Below are positions 1 through 9,120 of a stretch of 64,000 bases of DNA, in pieces (the stretch's first letter is position 1; every line of letters starts with the position of its first letter). A program made the position numbers and the translations under genes. The notes under the pieces are model-generated. The model was given only the letters and a program-made list of their open reading frames with translations, was not told where the DNA came from and ran no database searches. Source of the stretch: an uncultured virus (IMG/VR IMGVR_UViG_2822507784_000003) (Duplodnaviria > Heunggongvirae > Uroviricota > Caudoviricetes); IMG/VR virus record IMGVR_UViG_2822507784_000003, positions 1 through 64,000 of that record; one strand, written 5' to 3'.

Positions 1-1914
1 TTGAAGAAGTTGTTCTCATTTTTATTATTTGTATTTGTAATTTTTTCAGCGAACAATATTTCATTTGCTGATGAAGTTATACCATTTAACAAATCGTTCT
101 TTGCATATAACGAGCCATCGTTTACATCTGCAAAGGGAAATGGTGGAGCTCAATATGGACCTCAAAAAGCTCTAACTGTAAAAGAGAAGCGTTCAGATGG
201 TTGGTGGAAGATAGGAACTTGGGAAGGCGATAAGTGGATTAATACCGATGGGGAAAAAAAGAAAATAGAGAAACCCTATATTACTTTTGCTGAACCTAAA
301 TTCACATCACCAAAAGGAAACAATGGTAATGTTATAGCACCTCAAGTAGTTACGGTGATTGATGGACAAGAAGATGGATGGTTAAAGATTCAAACCAATG
401 AAGGAGATAAATGGATTTTCCTTAATTCTGAAGCGGTAAAAGTAGATAAGAATTTCTATGCGTATAATGAACCTTCATTTACATCTGAAAAAGCAAGTGG
501 TGGAAACCAATATGGACCACAAAAATCACTTGTTGTAAAAGAAAAACGTACAAATGGTTGGTGGAAAGTAGCGACTTATGAGGGTGATAAGTGGATTAAC
601 CTAGATGGGGAGTTAAAAGCATTTGATAAACCATTTTTAGTGTTTTATGAGCCTGCATTTGCATCTCAAAAAGGAAATATGGAAGTACCTTATAGCCCTA
701 CTACGATTAGAGTAATTGAGGGAAATACTAAAGGATGGTTGAAAGTTCAAACTTGGGAAGGCGACAAATGGATGTATCCAGGTGTTGCAGAGACAGTAGC
801 AGTTAATAATGACTTTTCTTCTTATAGCGAACCGTCTTTTACATCAGCTAAGGGGAGTGCATATGGTCCACAAAAATTCCTTGCTGTAGTGGAAAAACGT
901 GCCGATGGTTGGTGGAAGATAGTTACTGCAAGTGAAGGACTTAAATGGGCTGCCCCTAACGGAGCTAGAATTAATGTAGATGTAAATTTCTCTACTTTTG
1001 ATAAACCGTTTATAGAAGCTGATAGAGTTGGATATTATGGTCCTCAACCGATTTTTGCATATGATATGCAGAAAACAGAGCAAGGAACTTTTTATCTAGT
1101 AGGTACTCATTTAGGGAAAAAATGGATGAGCCTTGACGCTGAAAAAGAGTTCAACGAAAAAAGGGAACCAATGCGACAATCCCTAGGTTATAATGAAAAT
1201 GATTTAGATTTTGACAGTATTAAAGTACAACAAGCAGCACAAGCTAGATCGTTGGTAGAATCTGCGAGTAATTCCACAATGCTTAAACCTGAACAAAAGC
1301 AACTTCGAATTCCTTCAAAAGAGGAGATTGAGGAGTTTAGAAAGAGTTTAGAATCTAGTAATGATGGAACAGCAAGAAGTTTTGCGGCACGTGCAATGCC
1401 GGATGATTGGGTACGTAAAGGAGATGTAATATATACGCCTAATTCTAGATATGGTCCAATAGCAGGACATACAGCGATTATTGCTAAAGATCCTATGGAC
1501 GGTAAAGATTATCAATTAGTTCATGCTCCGGGTACAGATGAGCGTCCTGCTGTTCAAATACAAGAACTATCAAAGTGGGAATTCATTCATAAGGGTAACC
1601 CGCATTATAAGAAATTTTTCTATTTCAGACACCCGAATAGATCAGTTGGTGCTGCAGCTGGTAATTATGCTTATAATCATTTTTTCCAGAATCGTTTTGA
1701 ATACAAATATGATATTTTCACAACGACTGCTAAAGATAATAATTGGAAAACATACTGTAGTAAGCTTGTTTATTTATCTTATCGTGATGGAGCTGGGGTA
1801 GATTTATTCCCAAATCAGAGATTCTACATTGTACACCCAGCAGATTTCTTATTTACTCAACATAAATTAGGGCTATACTTTATTGGTGAAGGCGGATATT
1901 GGCCAAGTAATTAA
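1..1914 (+). CDS. Secreted/cell-surface protein: tandem ~60-aa W-rich cell-wall-binding-like repeats plus C-terminal permuted NlpC/P60 (YaeF/YiiX/YycO-like) domain
   Basis: Signal peptide; repeats F.AYNEPSFTS..YGPQ..EKR.DGWWK..TWEGDKW; GDVIYT..GHTAI..YCSKLV (His before Cys). TTG start sits at the window edge. Confidence 0.75.
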   Translation: MKKLFSFLLFVFVIFSANNISFADEVIPFNKSFFAYNEPSFTSAKGNGGAQYGPQKALTVKEKRSDGWWKIGTWEGDKWINTDGEKKKIEKPYITFAEPKFTSPKGNNGNVIAPQVVTVIDGQEDGWLKIQTNEGDKWIFLNSEAVKVDKNFYAYNEPSFTSEKASGGNQYGPQKSLVVKEKRTNGWWKVATYEGDKWINLDGELKAFDKPFLVFYEPAFASQKGNMEVPYSPTTIRVIEGNTKGWLKVQTWEGDKWMYPGVAETVAVNNDFSSYSEPSFTSAKGSAYGPQKFLAVVEKRADGWWKIVTASEGLKWAAPNGARINVDVNFSTFDKPFIEADRVGYYGPQPIFAYDMQKTEQGTFYLVGTHLGKKWMSLDAEKEFNEKREPMRQSLGYNENDLDFDSIKVQQAAQARSLVESASNSTMLKPEQKQLRIPSKEEIEEFRKSLESSNDGTARSFAARAMPDDWVRKGDVIYTPNSRYGPIAGHTAIIAKDPMDGKDYQLVHAPGTDERPAVQIQELSKWEFIHKGNPHYKKFFYFRHPNRSVGAAAGNYAYNHFFQNRFEYKYDIFTTTAKDNNWKTYCSKLVYLSYRDGAGVDLFPNQRFYIVHPADFLFTQHKLGLYFIGEGGYWPSN

Positions 1915-1928
1915 TAATATTAGTTCTA

Positions 1929-1961
1929 TTGAAAAAGCACTCGTACGAGTGCTTTTTTCAA
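1929..1961. terminator. Bidirectional intrinsic terminator
   Basis: AAAAAGCACTCGTACGAGTGCTTTTTT between convergent genes. Confidence 0.85.
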
Positions 1962-1977
1962 TGTAATTAAATACATA

Positions 1978-2328
1978 TTATTTTAATTCTGTATGTTTTC
2001 CTTGCTCACCATTATCACCTTGACCAAATTCAACATTACCTGTATGAGGATTATCCCAACGTACGTATTTGTACCATATGTTTGGTTCATCTTTAAATTT
2101 AACATGTACTCCATATTGGTCTATTTTACTATTAAAAGAAGGTTTAATTTCTAGAACATCTGACTTTGTATAGCCTTTTTCTTCTAGGTGCCACATTATA
2201 CCTATAATGGCTTCTTCTCTTAATTTCGGATCACCTGCAATAAAATAACGATTTATTATTCCTTTCCCGATTATAAATAAACTAATTGTAAGTAATAAAG
2301 ATGTAATTATAAGAGCACCTTTTTGCAT
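1978..2328 (-). CDS. DUF3139-like small membrane-anchored protein
   Basis: N-terminal TM helix; HLEEKGY..V.FKDEP..WY.Y pattern; RBS AAGGAGG. Confidence 0.65.
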   Translation of the reverse strand: MQKGALIITSLLLTISLFIIGKGIINRYFIAGDPKLREEAIIGIMWHLEEKGYTKSDVLEIKPSFNSKIDQYGVHVKFKDEPNIWYKYVRWDNPHTGNVEFGQGDNGEQGKHTELK

Positions 2329-2411
2329 GTATAAATATCCTCCTTATTTTAATTTATCCTTTATATAAGAATAAGGGAATTGCACGTTAAAATATAGATT
2401 TAGGAATAAAG

Positions 2412-2528
2412 AAAAAAAGACACCCAAAGGTGCCTTCCGACTTGAACCACTTTAATTTTAATAATATGTATTGGACGCCACTCCATTATTAATCGTAGCA
2501 TAATTCTGGATTAAAGTAATTGAGAAAA
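2412..2528 (-). repeat. R1 copy 1 (full): extended -10, 5' hairpin, AU-rich core, terminator
   Basis: Minus strand: TGCTACGAT..TGGAGTGGCGTCCAATACATATTATTAAAATTAAAGTGGTTCAAGTCGGAAGGCACCTTTGGGTGTCTTTTTTT. Confidence 0.85.
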
Positions 2529-2530
2529 TG

Positions 2531-3013
2531 TTATTTCAATTTATTACGAATAGCTTTTAATACTCCATCGACGTTGTAATCAGGAATATTGCTAATCGTC
2601 CTCTTTTTTGTACCCAACATTTTCTTTATTTCTAAGTAAATAACACCTGTATTCACATTGGATAAGCCAAATAAATTTGGAGCAATATCGAAGTCTACGT
2701 TTTTAATATCCTTGTATTTAATTACTTCAGCTTCAGCGCCACCAAATAAGCCACCTTTCATCATCACCAAGTATAAATTATAGTCTCCGACAACAATGAA
2801 ACCAATTTTTGTTAGCTTAGGATTAGTAACTTCAAAGCAGTGTATTGACTCTTTAGCTTTCATAACCTTCTTTAAAGCATCGAAAGCATATTGATAATAC
2901 GTGCGTTCTGTTTTCGGTAGTTCCTTTGAGATTTCAACCATTTCCGCAAGAGTAACTGGGTATTCAATAACGCAAAAGCGTTCATCAATTTTAGTGTATT
3001 TTTGAGTAGCCAT
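2531..3013 (-). CDS. Bacterial PH-domain-like protein
   Basis: GFIVV..NLYLV..KGGLFGG..EVIKYKDIKNVDF pattern; lies downstream of an R2 promoter. Confidence 0.6.
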   Translation of the reverse strand: MATQKYTKIDERFCVIEYPVTLAEMVEISKELPKTERTYYQYAFDALKKVMKAKESIHCFEVTNPKLTKIGFIVVGDYNLYLVMMKGGLFGGAEAEVIKYKDIKNVDFDIAPNLFGLSNVNTGVIYLEIKKMLGTKKRTISNIPDYNVDGVLKAIRNKLK

Positions 3014-3027
3014 ATAATATCCCCTTT

Positions 3028-3100
3028 AAAATATAAGATTTATCAAGCGATTGTAACAAATTTAGTTACAATTATTTTGTCATATTGTGTCGAGCAAAAA
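3028..3100 (-). promoter_or_regulatory. R2 promoter copy A
   Basis: Minus strand CTCGACA-N3-TATGACA-22bp-TACAAT with TG extension. Confidence 0.7.
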
Positions 3101-3564
3101 TAAAAAAAGAGAGCTTAAGCTCTCACCGGAAATAATGTTAAAAATCGCCAATATAAATTAGAGAGTTTTTCCCATTTCTAATTAAAAAATTATCCCTATG
3201 TTGTATAAATATTGAATAATGTTTTTTATCAGGTTTATAGGGGAGATATGGTTTTACTGTGGGAAAGAGTGTGTTTCAAAAGGTGTACCTTTTGATGTAT
3301 ATATATTCTTATAGGATTGGAAAACAGTTCTTTATAAATTTGCGATTTATTTTTGGTTATTTCAAGATTAAAAATGAGAAAAATTCCTTGATAGATGCCA
3401 TAATAACTATTAGTAAACCAACGCTGTGTGGGGCTCGCCCACACACGACGAGCCAGTACATACACCCAAAAACAGGGGGAAAGCCATAAATGCAAATCTA
3501 AAAAACCTGTTCAAAATATCGAACAAGTTTTTAAGATACATTCACTTTAGGAAAAAACTTTAAA

Positions 3565-3954
3565 TTACTGGTAATGATGTGTATTACACATATTTTTACA
3601 GACGTAGAAATTACCTCCTGATGTTAGCATGCAATGGGTAAAACAATCAGGATAAGATGACATTTGGGTTATAGGAGAAGTTACCCAAAGTTCCTTCATG
3701 CACGTCTCCATACAAGCCCCTATATCTGGTTTATTCTGACACTGTTGAGCACAGAAAGATGTTCCTGGTGGATGGTTATGATAGGACATGATTGCAGGAG
3801 AATTTGAGGACATTTCTACCGGTCCTGGTTCTGGTATTGGTATTGGAGGTCCTGGCTGAGTTGCACAAGGTATTGAGATACATATTGGTTGTTCATAATA
3901 GCAATTTCCATAAGGATCACAGCGACGTATTAAAAAACATTGTAAACATTGCAT
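3565..3954 (-). CDS. Cys/Pro-rich small protein, possibly spore-associated
   Basis: CxxxC clusters, Pro-rich linker, RBS AAGGAG; CATAATCTA (sigK/sigE-like -10) upstream. Confidence 0.55.
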   Translation of the reverse strand: MQCLQCFLIRRCDPYGNCYYEQPICISIPCATQPGPPIPIPEPGPVEMSSNSPAIMSYHNHPPGTSFCAQQCQNKPDIGACMETCMKELWVTSPITQMSSYPDCFTHCMLTSGGNFYVCKNMCNTHHYQ

Positions 3955-4316
3955 AGTGTTTTCTCTCCTTTTAATTCATATATTAATCTAAATGTAAATT
4001 AAGGTTTTATAAGATATTTTAAGAGTTTTACATAGTCATTCAAATTATAGATTATGAGTAATTTATCTAATATGATTGGGTATTTTTAAGTTTTTACTTG
4101 TCTAAGGGAAACCACTAAGCGGTTATATGGCGAAAGTTTCTTTACCATGAGGGGGGTTCCCCTCATGGTAAAGAAAACGTGAAATAAATAGCGTCCATCG
4201 GGGCAACGCGAAGGGAAGACCGATGTCTTCCCTTCCTACATAAAAAAGGTCCTCCAGATTGTTTAGCTGGGGACTTTTGTGTTTACATAATTATCGTTAT
4301 CAGAAGTTGATCAACA

Positions 4317-4700
4317 TCAGTTTATTCGTCTTATAAAATAGAAAACTAAGGAAGATAAAGTAATTGGGAGACTAAAATGAATAAAAAGCATTGTGTAGTG
4401 AAATAAATATCTTCCATATAATCCGATGCTCATTAAATATGCATAGAAAAAACCTAATAATATAAACAAGGGAATCCCAATACTTAATTTATAACTTTTT
4501 TTTATTTTTCTATAAGAAAATTCTCCTAGTAGACAGCCTATAAGTACAGGTATACTCCCGTACATAATGTAAAGAAGAGCTATCGCCAAGGGGGAACCCG
4601 ATGCGTCCATACCTTCAGGGTCTATTATAAATAGCAAGCTAGATGTAAATATAGAAAAAAATATGAGACACGCTAAATAACTAACTATAAATTTTTTCAT
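4317..4700 (-). CDS. Integral membrane protein (about 4 TM)
   Basis: Hydrophobic segments; RBS GGGGG. Confidence 0.7.
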   Translation of the reverse strand: MKKFIVSYLACLIFFSIFTSSLLFIIDPEGMDASGSPLAIALLYIMYGSIPVLIGCLLGEFSYRKIKKSYKLSIGIPLFILLGFFYAYLMSIGLYGRYLFHYTMLFIHFSLPITLSSLVFYFIRRIN

Positions 4701-4823
4701 TTTTATCCCCCAAATAATTTATAATGATATCTTCATTGTATGATAGTTACCCTTACTTAATATAGATAAAATGTAATATGTATATCGTATTTATGTAAGG
4801 TTAACATAACATCCTATTATTGG

Positions 4824-4988
4824 TAGCAAGGACAAGGGGGAATCCCTACTTTCACAAGGGAACCTCCTTTTATTGTTCTATGGATCTATTTATTTTTTAT
4901 ACATTCCTATCCTGGCACGGTTTTAGAGTTCTCGTTTGTTACTGGGTTCGTCGAAAAACTGTATAAAACTTTGCATATTCTTAGCTTG
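4824..4988. repeat. R3 non-coding element copy 1 (~165 bp)
   Basis: Aligns end to end with 16091-16257 (TATACATTCCTATCCTG..CGGTTTTAG.GTT.TCGTTTGTTACTGG..CTGTATAAAA..GCATA.TCTTAGCTTG). Confidence 0.8.
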
Positions 4989-5027
4989 TTTTTTCTATGG
5001 AATGCTATGGATACCTTTTTAATGCAT

Positions 5028-5070
5028 AAAGAAAAGACACCCTAAGGTGCCTTCCTCGGCTTAATAACCG
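5028..5070 (-). repeat. R1 copy 2 (terminator part)
   Basis: AAAGAAAAGACACCCTAAGGTGCCTTCC. Confidence 0.75.
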
Positions 5071-5074
5071 TAGT

Positions 5075-5647
5075 TTATTTTCCTCGTAGACTCTGTTCAT
5101 ATGCTTTAACTTCATTAGTTGATCCGAATGTTTTCAAGTCAAATATTTTGTTACCATCAACACATACTACTAATAATCCATCTTTAGCTTGAATAACACT
5201 TCCAACATTGCCCTTTTTTAGAGAAATACTAAAAGGATGATCTACATTCATCGTTTTTTTCTTCTCTACATATTGATTAAATTCCATGCCAACTGGGAAT
5301 GCCTCTTTTAATTGTTGAAGAGTATACTCAGTTGTAGTTGGCGGATCACTTTTAGGCTTTTCTGGTTCTGGTTGTTCTTGCGGTTTAGGTGTTTCTTGAC
5401 TCGGCTGTGTAGTTTTTTGAAGTGACCTAGTTTGCTCTTTTTCATAGGAGTCTACTTTAGATTTCAACTCTTTGATTTGTTTTTTTAATTCTTGCTGTTC
5501 ATTAAAGTGTTTATCGATAATTTTATCCATATCTTTTTGTGAATACTTAGGTTTCATATCTTCTGATTTGGAATCTTTAAAAATAGCTACGGAAGCAATG
5601 ATAGCTACTAGTACCGCGATAATTCCAATGATTAGTTTTTTGTTCAT
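5075..5647 (-). CDS. Membrane-anchored protein; C-terminal domain paralogous to 18027..18539
   Basis: N-terminal TM, coiled-coil/Pro linker, GMEFNQY..PFSISL.KGNVGSV.QA.DG.LVVC.DG.KIFDLKTF. Confidence 0.8.
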   Translation of the reverse strand: MNKKLIIGIIAVLVAIIASVAIFKDSKSEDMKPKYSQKDMDKIIDKHFNEQQELKKQIKELKSKVDSYEKEQTRSLQKTTQPSQETPKPQEQPEPEKPKSDPPTTTEYTLQQLKEAFPVGMEFNQYVEKKKTMNVDHPFSISLKKGNVGSVIQAKDGLLVVCVDGNKIFDLKTFGSTNEVKAYEQSLRGK

Positions 5648-5705
5648 TTATGTTCCTCCTAAAATACAATAATATTATTATATAACAATTAAATGGTTAT
5701 AAGTG

Positions 5706-5756
5706 AAAAAAAGAAACCCCAAGGTGCTTTCCCGTGACTTGAACCATCTTAATTTT
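5706..5756 (-). repeat. R1 copy 3 (partial)
   Basis: AAAAAAGAAACCCCAAGGTGCTTTCCCGTGACTTGAACCATCTTAATTTT. Confidence 0.75.
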
Positions 5757-5936
5757 GAAAAATGGCATTGAAGGAATTTCTTTATTTATAACTATATTAG
5801 GGATGTTAATAATGGTATTTTATAGTGATATGAAAAAATTAATTATTAATGAATTTAAAATAAAAAGAAGACCGAACNNGTTCGGTCTTCTTTTTATTTG
5901 TTTACTTGTTTTCTTGGAAAACTTAATTAAAGTTTC

Positions 5937-6230
5937 TTAATTATTACTTGTTCGCCATCCTTCATAATGTCCTGTCCATGAATTTTTACTTACTTCAGTT
6001 GCTCCTTTTAAATACCAAGTCACTCCATCCCACTCTTTTACAGTAGGTATTTCCCCTTTTGATTTGTAACCAGGAAAGTCTTGTTTTTCTTTTTTCTTAA
6101 CAAAACTTTTTTTATTATCAATCGTTTTTAATTTTACACCTGTATCAGTAGGTGTTTCCGCAAATACTCCTCCAGCACCAGATAACATAATTCCAGTTGC
6201 TAATGTTCCAATTATTACTTTCTTGAACAT
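5937..6230 (-). CDS. Secreted LCI-like antimicrobial peptide precursor
   Basis: Signal peptide ending VFA; mature C-terminus WDGVTWYLK..SWTGHYEGW resembles B. subtilis LCI (DGTKWIFK..YWVGIYEVW). Confidence 0.6.
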   Translation of the reverse strand: MFKKVIIGTLATGIMLSGAGGVFAETPTDTGVKLKTIDNKKSFVKKKEKQDFPGYKSKGEIPTVKEWDGVTWYLKGATEVSKNSWTGHYEGWRTSNN

Positions 6231-6522
6231 GAAAAATCCCCCTTTTTTGGAATGAATATTACATAAATAATGATATCATATTATTTGTATTTTCTAACAT
6301 TTTAATTTATTTATAAATATTTTATTGAATATTCAAACTATATGATTTAATATGAAAAGATTTAAAAATAATTAGTACTATTAGTAGTGAATCTCAAGTA
6401 AATGACTGGAAGAAAATTAAATCATTTATAGGGTAAGAAGTATAGAATCCAAGCTTTTTCAATTTAAATTTATATTCAAAAGTTTATTTTCAGATTAGAA
6501 AAGGTTAGCTCCTCGATCCCCT

Positions 6523-6570
6523 TTTTGAAAATAAAGAAAAGACACCCATATAAGAGTGCCTTTTCCGATA
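6523..6570 (-). repeat. R1 copy 4 (terminator part)
   Basis: TTTTGAAAATAAAGAAAAGACACCC..GTGCCTTTTCCGA. Confidence 0.7.
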
Positions 6571-6575
6571 GTTTT

Positions 6576-6686
6576 TTAGCAGAAGCAAGAAGCTCCAACG
6601 ATGATTAATAAAATAAATAATACAACTAATAAGGCAAATCCTCCTGCAAAGCCACAGCCGCCACCGCAGCTACCACCAAAGCCCAT
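6576..6686 (-). CDS. YjcZ/SscA-family tiny sporulation membrane protein (36 aa, not in ORF track)
   Basis: MGFGGSCGGGCGFAGGFALLVVLFILLIIVGASCFC; strong RBS AAGGAGG. Confidence 0.85.
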   Translation of the reverse strand: MGFGGSCGGGCGFAGGFALLVVLFILLIIVGASCFC

Positions 6687-6788
6687 AATAATTCCTCCTT
6701 TAAATAGTAGGAGAAAAATAAGGAGTCACTCATGTATTTTAATGGATTCAAATTACTTTATGTTTTTATGGATTAAATGAGCAGGTCC

Positions 6789-6843
6789 TTTTGAAAATAA
6801 AGAAAAGACACCCTAAGGCGCCTTCCTCTTCCTTGGACTATCC
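6789..6843 (-). repeat. R1 copy 5 (terminator part)
   Basis: TTTTGAAAATAAAGAAAAGACACCCTAAGGCGCCTTCC. Confidence 0.75.
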
Positions 6844-6979
6844 TTTATTACTGCGGTACCAATTAATAAATTAAATTATAAAAATAATTTGTTATACTTC
6901 CATGTCCCCTAGCTGATATAATATATAAGGCAATTATTGGTTAATTAAAGGCACATATATATTAGGAGGTATATAAGCC

Positions 6980-7155
6980 ATGTTAGAGGTAGTTTCGGCA
7001 TTTTTCTTACTAATTCTCTATTCCATTGTTTATCTCTTTTCAAGTGGAGAAACTAAGCAAATAGCAAAAAAAATTTAAAAGAAATTCTTAATAGTCCTGA
7101 TGGAATAATAATATTAATCGTTGCTGCGGCACTTTTAATCGGGGGGATATATTAA
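6980..7155 (+). pseudogene. Frameshifted paralog of 7236..7436
   Basis: MLEVVSAFFLLILYSIVYLFSSGETKQIAKK, then a stop after a poly-A run; continues in another frame as KEILNSPDG..; RBS AGGAGG. Confidence 0.6.
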
Positions 7156-7235
7156 TTAACATTATGATTCTAGATATCTTAGCTTAAAACGTATAAGGAA
7201 ATTAATAGTACACATATAGTAGGGGGAGATAAGTA

Positions 7236-7436
7236 ATGATAGATATAATCACGTCATTCTTTTTACTAGTTATATATTCTATTCGTTATCTATTTTCAAC
7301 AGGTGAAAATAGGAAAAAGGCAAAAGCAGATTTAAAAGAATTTTGGACTGATACTGATGGACAAATGTTATTGGGTGCTGCTATGGGACTTGTAATTTCT
7401 GTGATAATTTTTGGTTATTGGTTTATGAATCAATAG
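7236..7436 (+). CDS. Small 2-TM membrane protein
   Basis: RBS GGGGGAG; tandem paralog immediately upstream. Confidence 0.7.
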   Translation: MIDIITSFFLLVIYSIRYLFSTGENRKKAKADLKEFWTDTDGQMLLGAAMGLVISVIIFGYWFMNQ

Positions 7437-7533
7437 ATGTTCAATCAAGAATAAAGTATTAGAGAAAACAAGATATTAAATAATATACAAGGATCTCGCC
7501 ATTTCTGTTGGATGGTGAGTTTTTTAATGTACA

Positions 7534-7605
7534 ATAAAAGACACCCAAAGGTGCCTTCCTGCGACTTGAACCATCTTAATTTTAATAATATGTATTGGAT
7601 GCCAA
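7534..7605 (-). repeat. R1 copy 6 (near full)
   Basis: AAAAGACACCCAAAGGTGCCTTCCTGCGACTTGAACCATCTTAATTTTAATAATATGTATTGGA. Confidence 0.85.
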
Positions 7606-7623
7606 GCCGATCAAGTTAAGCTA

Positions 7624-8244
7624 TCATAATTCTCCATGTTTCCACTCTTTATTATGAATATCTAATCCTTCTTGGCCAAAGTAATGGAGAATAAATTCTT
7701 TTTCATCACTATCAGTTTTTTTAGCTAGTTTAGATCCTTCCATACTTAGCTTTTTTCCAGAGCGTAAATAATGAATTTCACTATAGTCTTCAACTGGAGA
7801 TTCAAAATCTCCATCGTACCATTTGTTCAGAAGAGATTCATATCTTTGTCTTTCATCATCAGTATTGATAACATTTAAGTTGTTTTTTAGGTATTGAATG
7901 TTTTCTTTGGTCACTTGAAATTGACCTATAAAACGGGTACCGGGACCATGAAGATTATTCCCATGAAATGTGATTTTTTGGAGACACATATGTATCATCA
8001 TGTCATTTATAGTTTGCTCATCTCGGATTTCTCCAATCGACTGTGCTGCTTTAGATAAATCATCTTCACTTACTACATAACTATCTTTAGGTTGCTTTTG
8101 AATGGTTTGAACTTTTGGTTTTTCCTGAACCTTTTCTTCTTGTTTAGGTTTTAATTCAGTTGTAGTCTTCTCATTTGAGTTACAAGCAGCCATTCCAATA
8201 AATAATGCGCTACATGCTAATGCTGTAAGTAATTTTCGTTTCAT
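7624..8244 (-). CDS. Lipoprotein with PRK06770/DUF6241-like domain
   Basis: Lipobox MAAC; MIHM..QK..TKENI..L..W.DGDF..VED pattern. Confidence 0.65.
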   Translation of the reverse strand: MKRKLLTALACSALFIGMAACNSNEKTTTELKPKQEEKVQEKPKVQTIQKQPKDSYVVSEDDLSKAAQSIGEIRDEQTINDMMIHMCLQKITFHGNNLHGPGTRFIGQFQVTKENIQYLKNNLNVINTDDERQRYESLLNKWYDGDFESPVEDYSEIHYLRSGKKLSMEGSKLAKKTDSDEKEFILHYFGQEGLDIHNKEWKHGEL

Positions 8245-8280
8245 GTTGAGTACCTCCAGTATATACTAGTTATTTCAGAA

Positions 8281-8350
8281 AAAATGTAAGATTTCTGATC
8301 TAATGGTAGCAAACTAGTTATCTGTATAATGTCTTATTTTGTCGAAAAAT
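8281..8350 (-). promoter_or_regulatory. R2 promoter copy B
   Basis: TGTCGAA at 8340-8346; minus strand TTCGACA-N3-TAAGACA-21bp-TACCAT; AAATGTAAGATTT leader. Confidence 0.7.
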
Positions 8351-8410
8351 AATAAAAAAGACACCCTAAGGTGCCTTTCTCCGACTTGAACCACTTTAAT
8401 TTTAATAATA
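8351..8410 (-). repeat. R1 copy 7 (5'-truncated)
   Basis: AAAAAAGACACCCTAAGGTGCCTTTCTCCGACTTGAACCACTTTAATTTTAATAATA. Confidence 0.85.
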
Positions 8411-8438
8411 GGGGTGCACCAAGATAGATCGCTCGCTT

Positions 8439-8937
8439 TTATTCTGTATAGTTAACCTCTGTTACATGATCATGTTTGTTTACAATCATTCGTAACTGTT
8501 TATTACCTTGCTTATAAATGTAAATTTGAGTCCCGCCAACTCCCACTTGTGCATCCGAGGGTAATGGAAGAATACTGTCATACTTCATAAAATTCGATCC
8601 GATAACAATTTTGTTAGCTACTGCCAGGCTCAACTGGTGACTTTTGTTGCTTCACTTCACGTTGCTTTTGCGCTTGTGCTGCTTGTTCTTGCTTTGCTTT
8701 CTCTTCCGCCTGTCTTTGAGCTTCGGCTTCTTGTTTTGCTTTCTCTTCTGCCTGTTTTTGAACTTCCGCTTCTTGCTTCGCCTTTTCTTCCGCCTTCTGA
8801 GCTCTCTCTGTTTCTTTTTGTGCTTTTTCTTCAGCTTTAGAGTCATTAGAAGTACTTGCTTTTTCGTTAGGTGAGCATGCTGCTAATCCCATAATCAAAA
8901 CGAAACTTATGAGTGCGATTAATAGTTTATTGTGCAT
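8439..8937 (-). pseudogene. Lipoprotein (KAEE/KAKQE stalk) with an out-of-frame C-terminal domain
   Basis: MHNKLLIAL..LAAC starts at 8937 and stops at 8614; the downstream domain (8439..8633) is in another frame right after the QREVKQQK block shared with 19063..19734. Confidence 0.6.
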
Positions 8938-8957
8938 AATATGTATCCCCCGGTGTT

Positions 8958-9030
8958 TAAAATGTAAAATTTCCTGAACTATCATAACAAACTGCAAACA
9001 TATATATCGCTATATTATGTAGATAAGGAA
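8958..9030 (-). promoter_or_regulatory. R2 promoter copy C (degenerate boxes)
   Basis: AAATGTAAAATTTCCTGAACTATCATAACAAA. Confidence 0.6.
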
Positions 9031-9075
9031 TAAAAAAGATACCCTAAGGTGTCTTTCCCCTACTTGATAACCATA
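9031..9075 (-). repeat. R1 copy 8 (terminator part)
   Basis: AAAAAAGATACCCTAAGGTGTCTTTCCCCTACTTGA. Confidence 0.7.
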
Positions 9076-9120
9076 TTTCATTTATTGGGTTTATATTCAC
9101 TTTCTAGTTTTCACTATTTA

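Noticed and set aside
4920..4959. GTTTTAGAG...AAAAAC resembling a type II-A CRISPR repeat
   Set aside because: 40 nt, not arrayed, the second R3 copy loses the ends, and there is no cas9; likely coincidence.
4900..4990. Conserved peptide frame in R3 (KLR.C..LYSF..NPVTNEN.KT..G)
   Set aside because: No start codon or RBS in either copy, and an upstream stop in copy 2; explained by DNA similarity alone.
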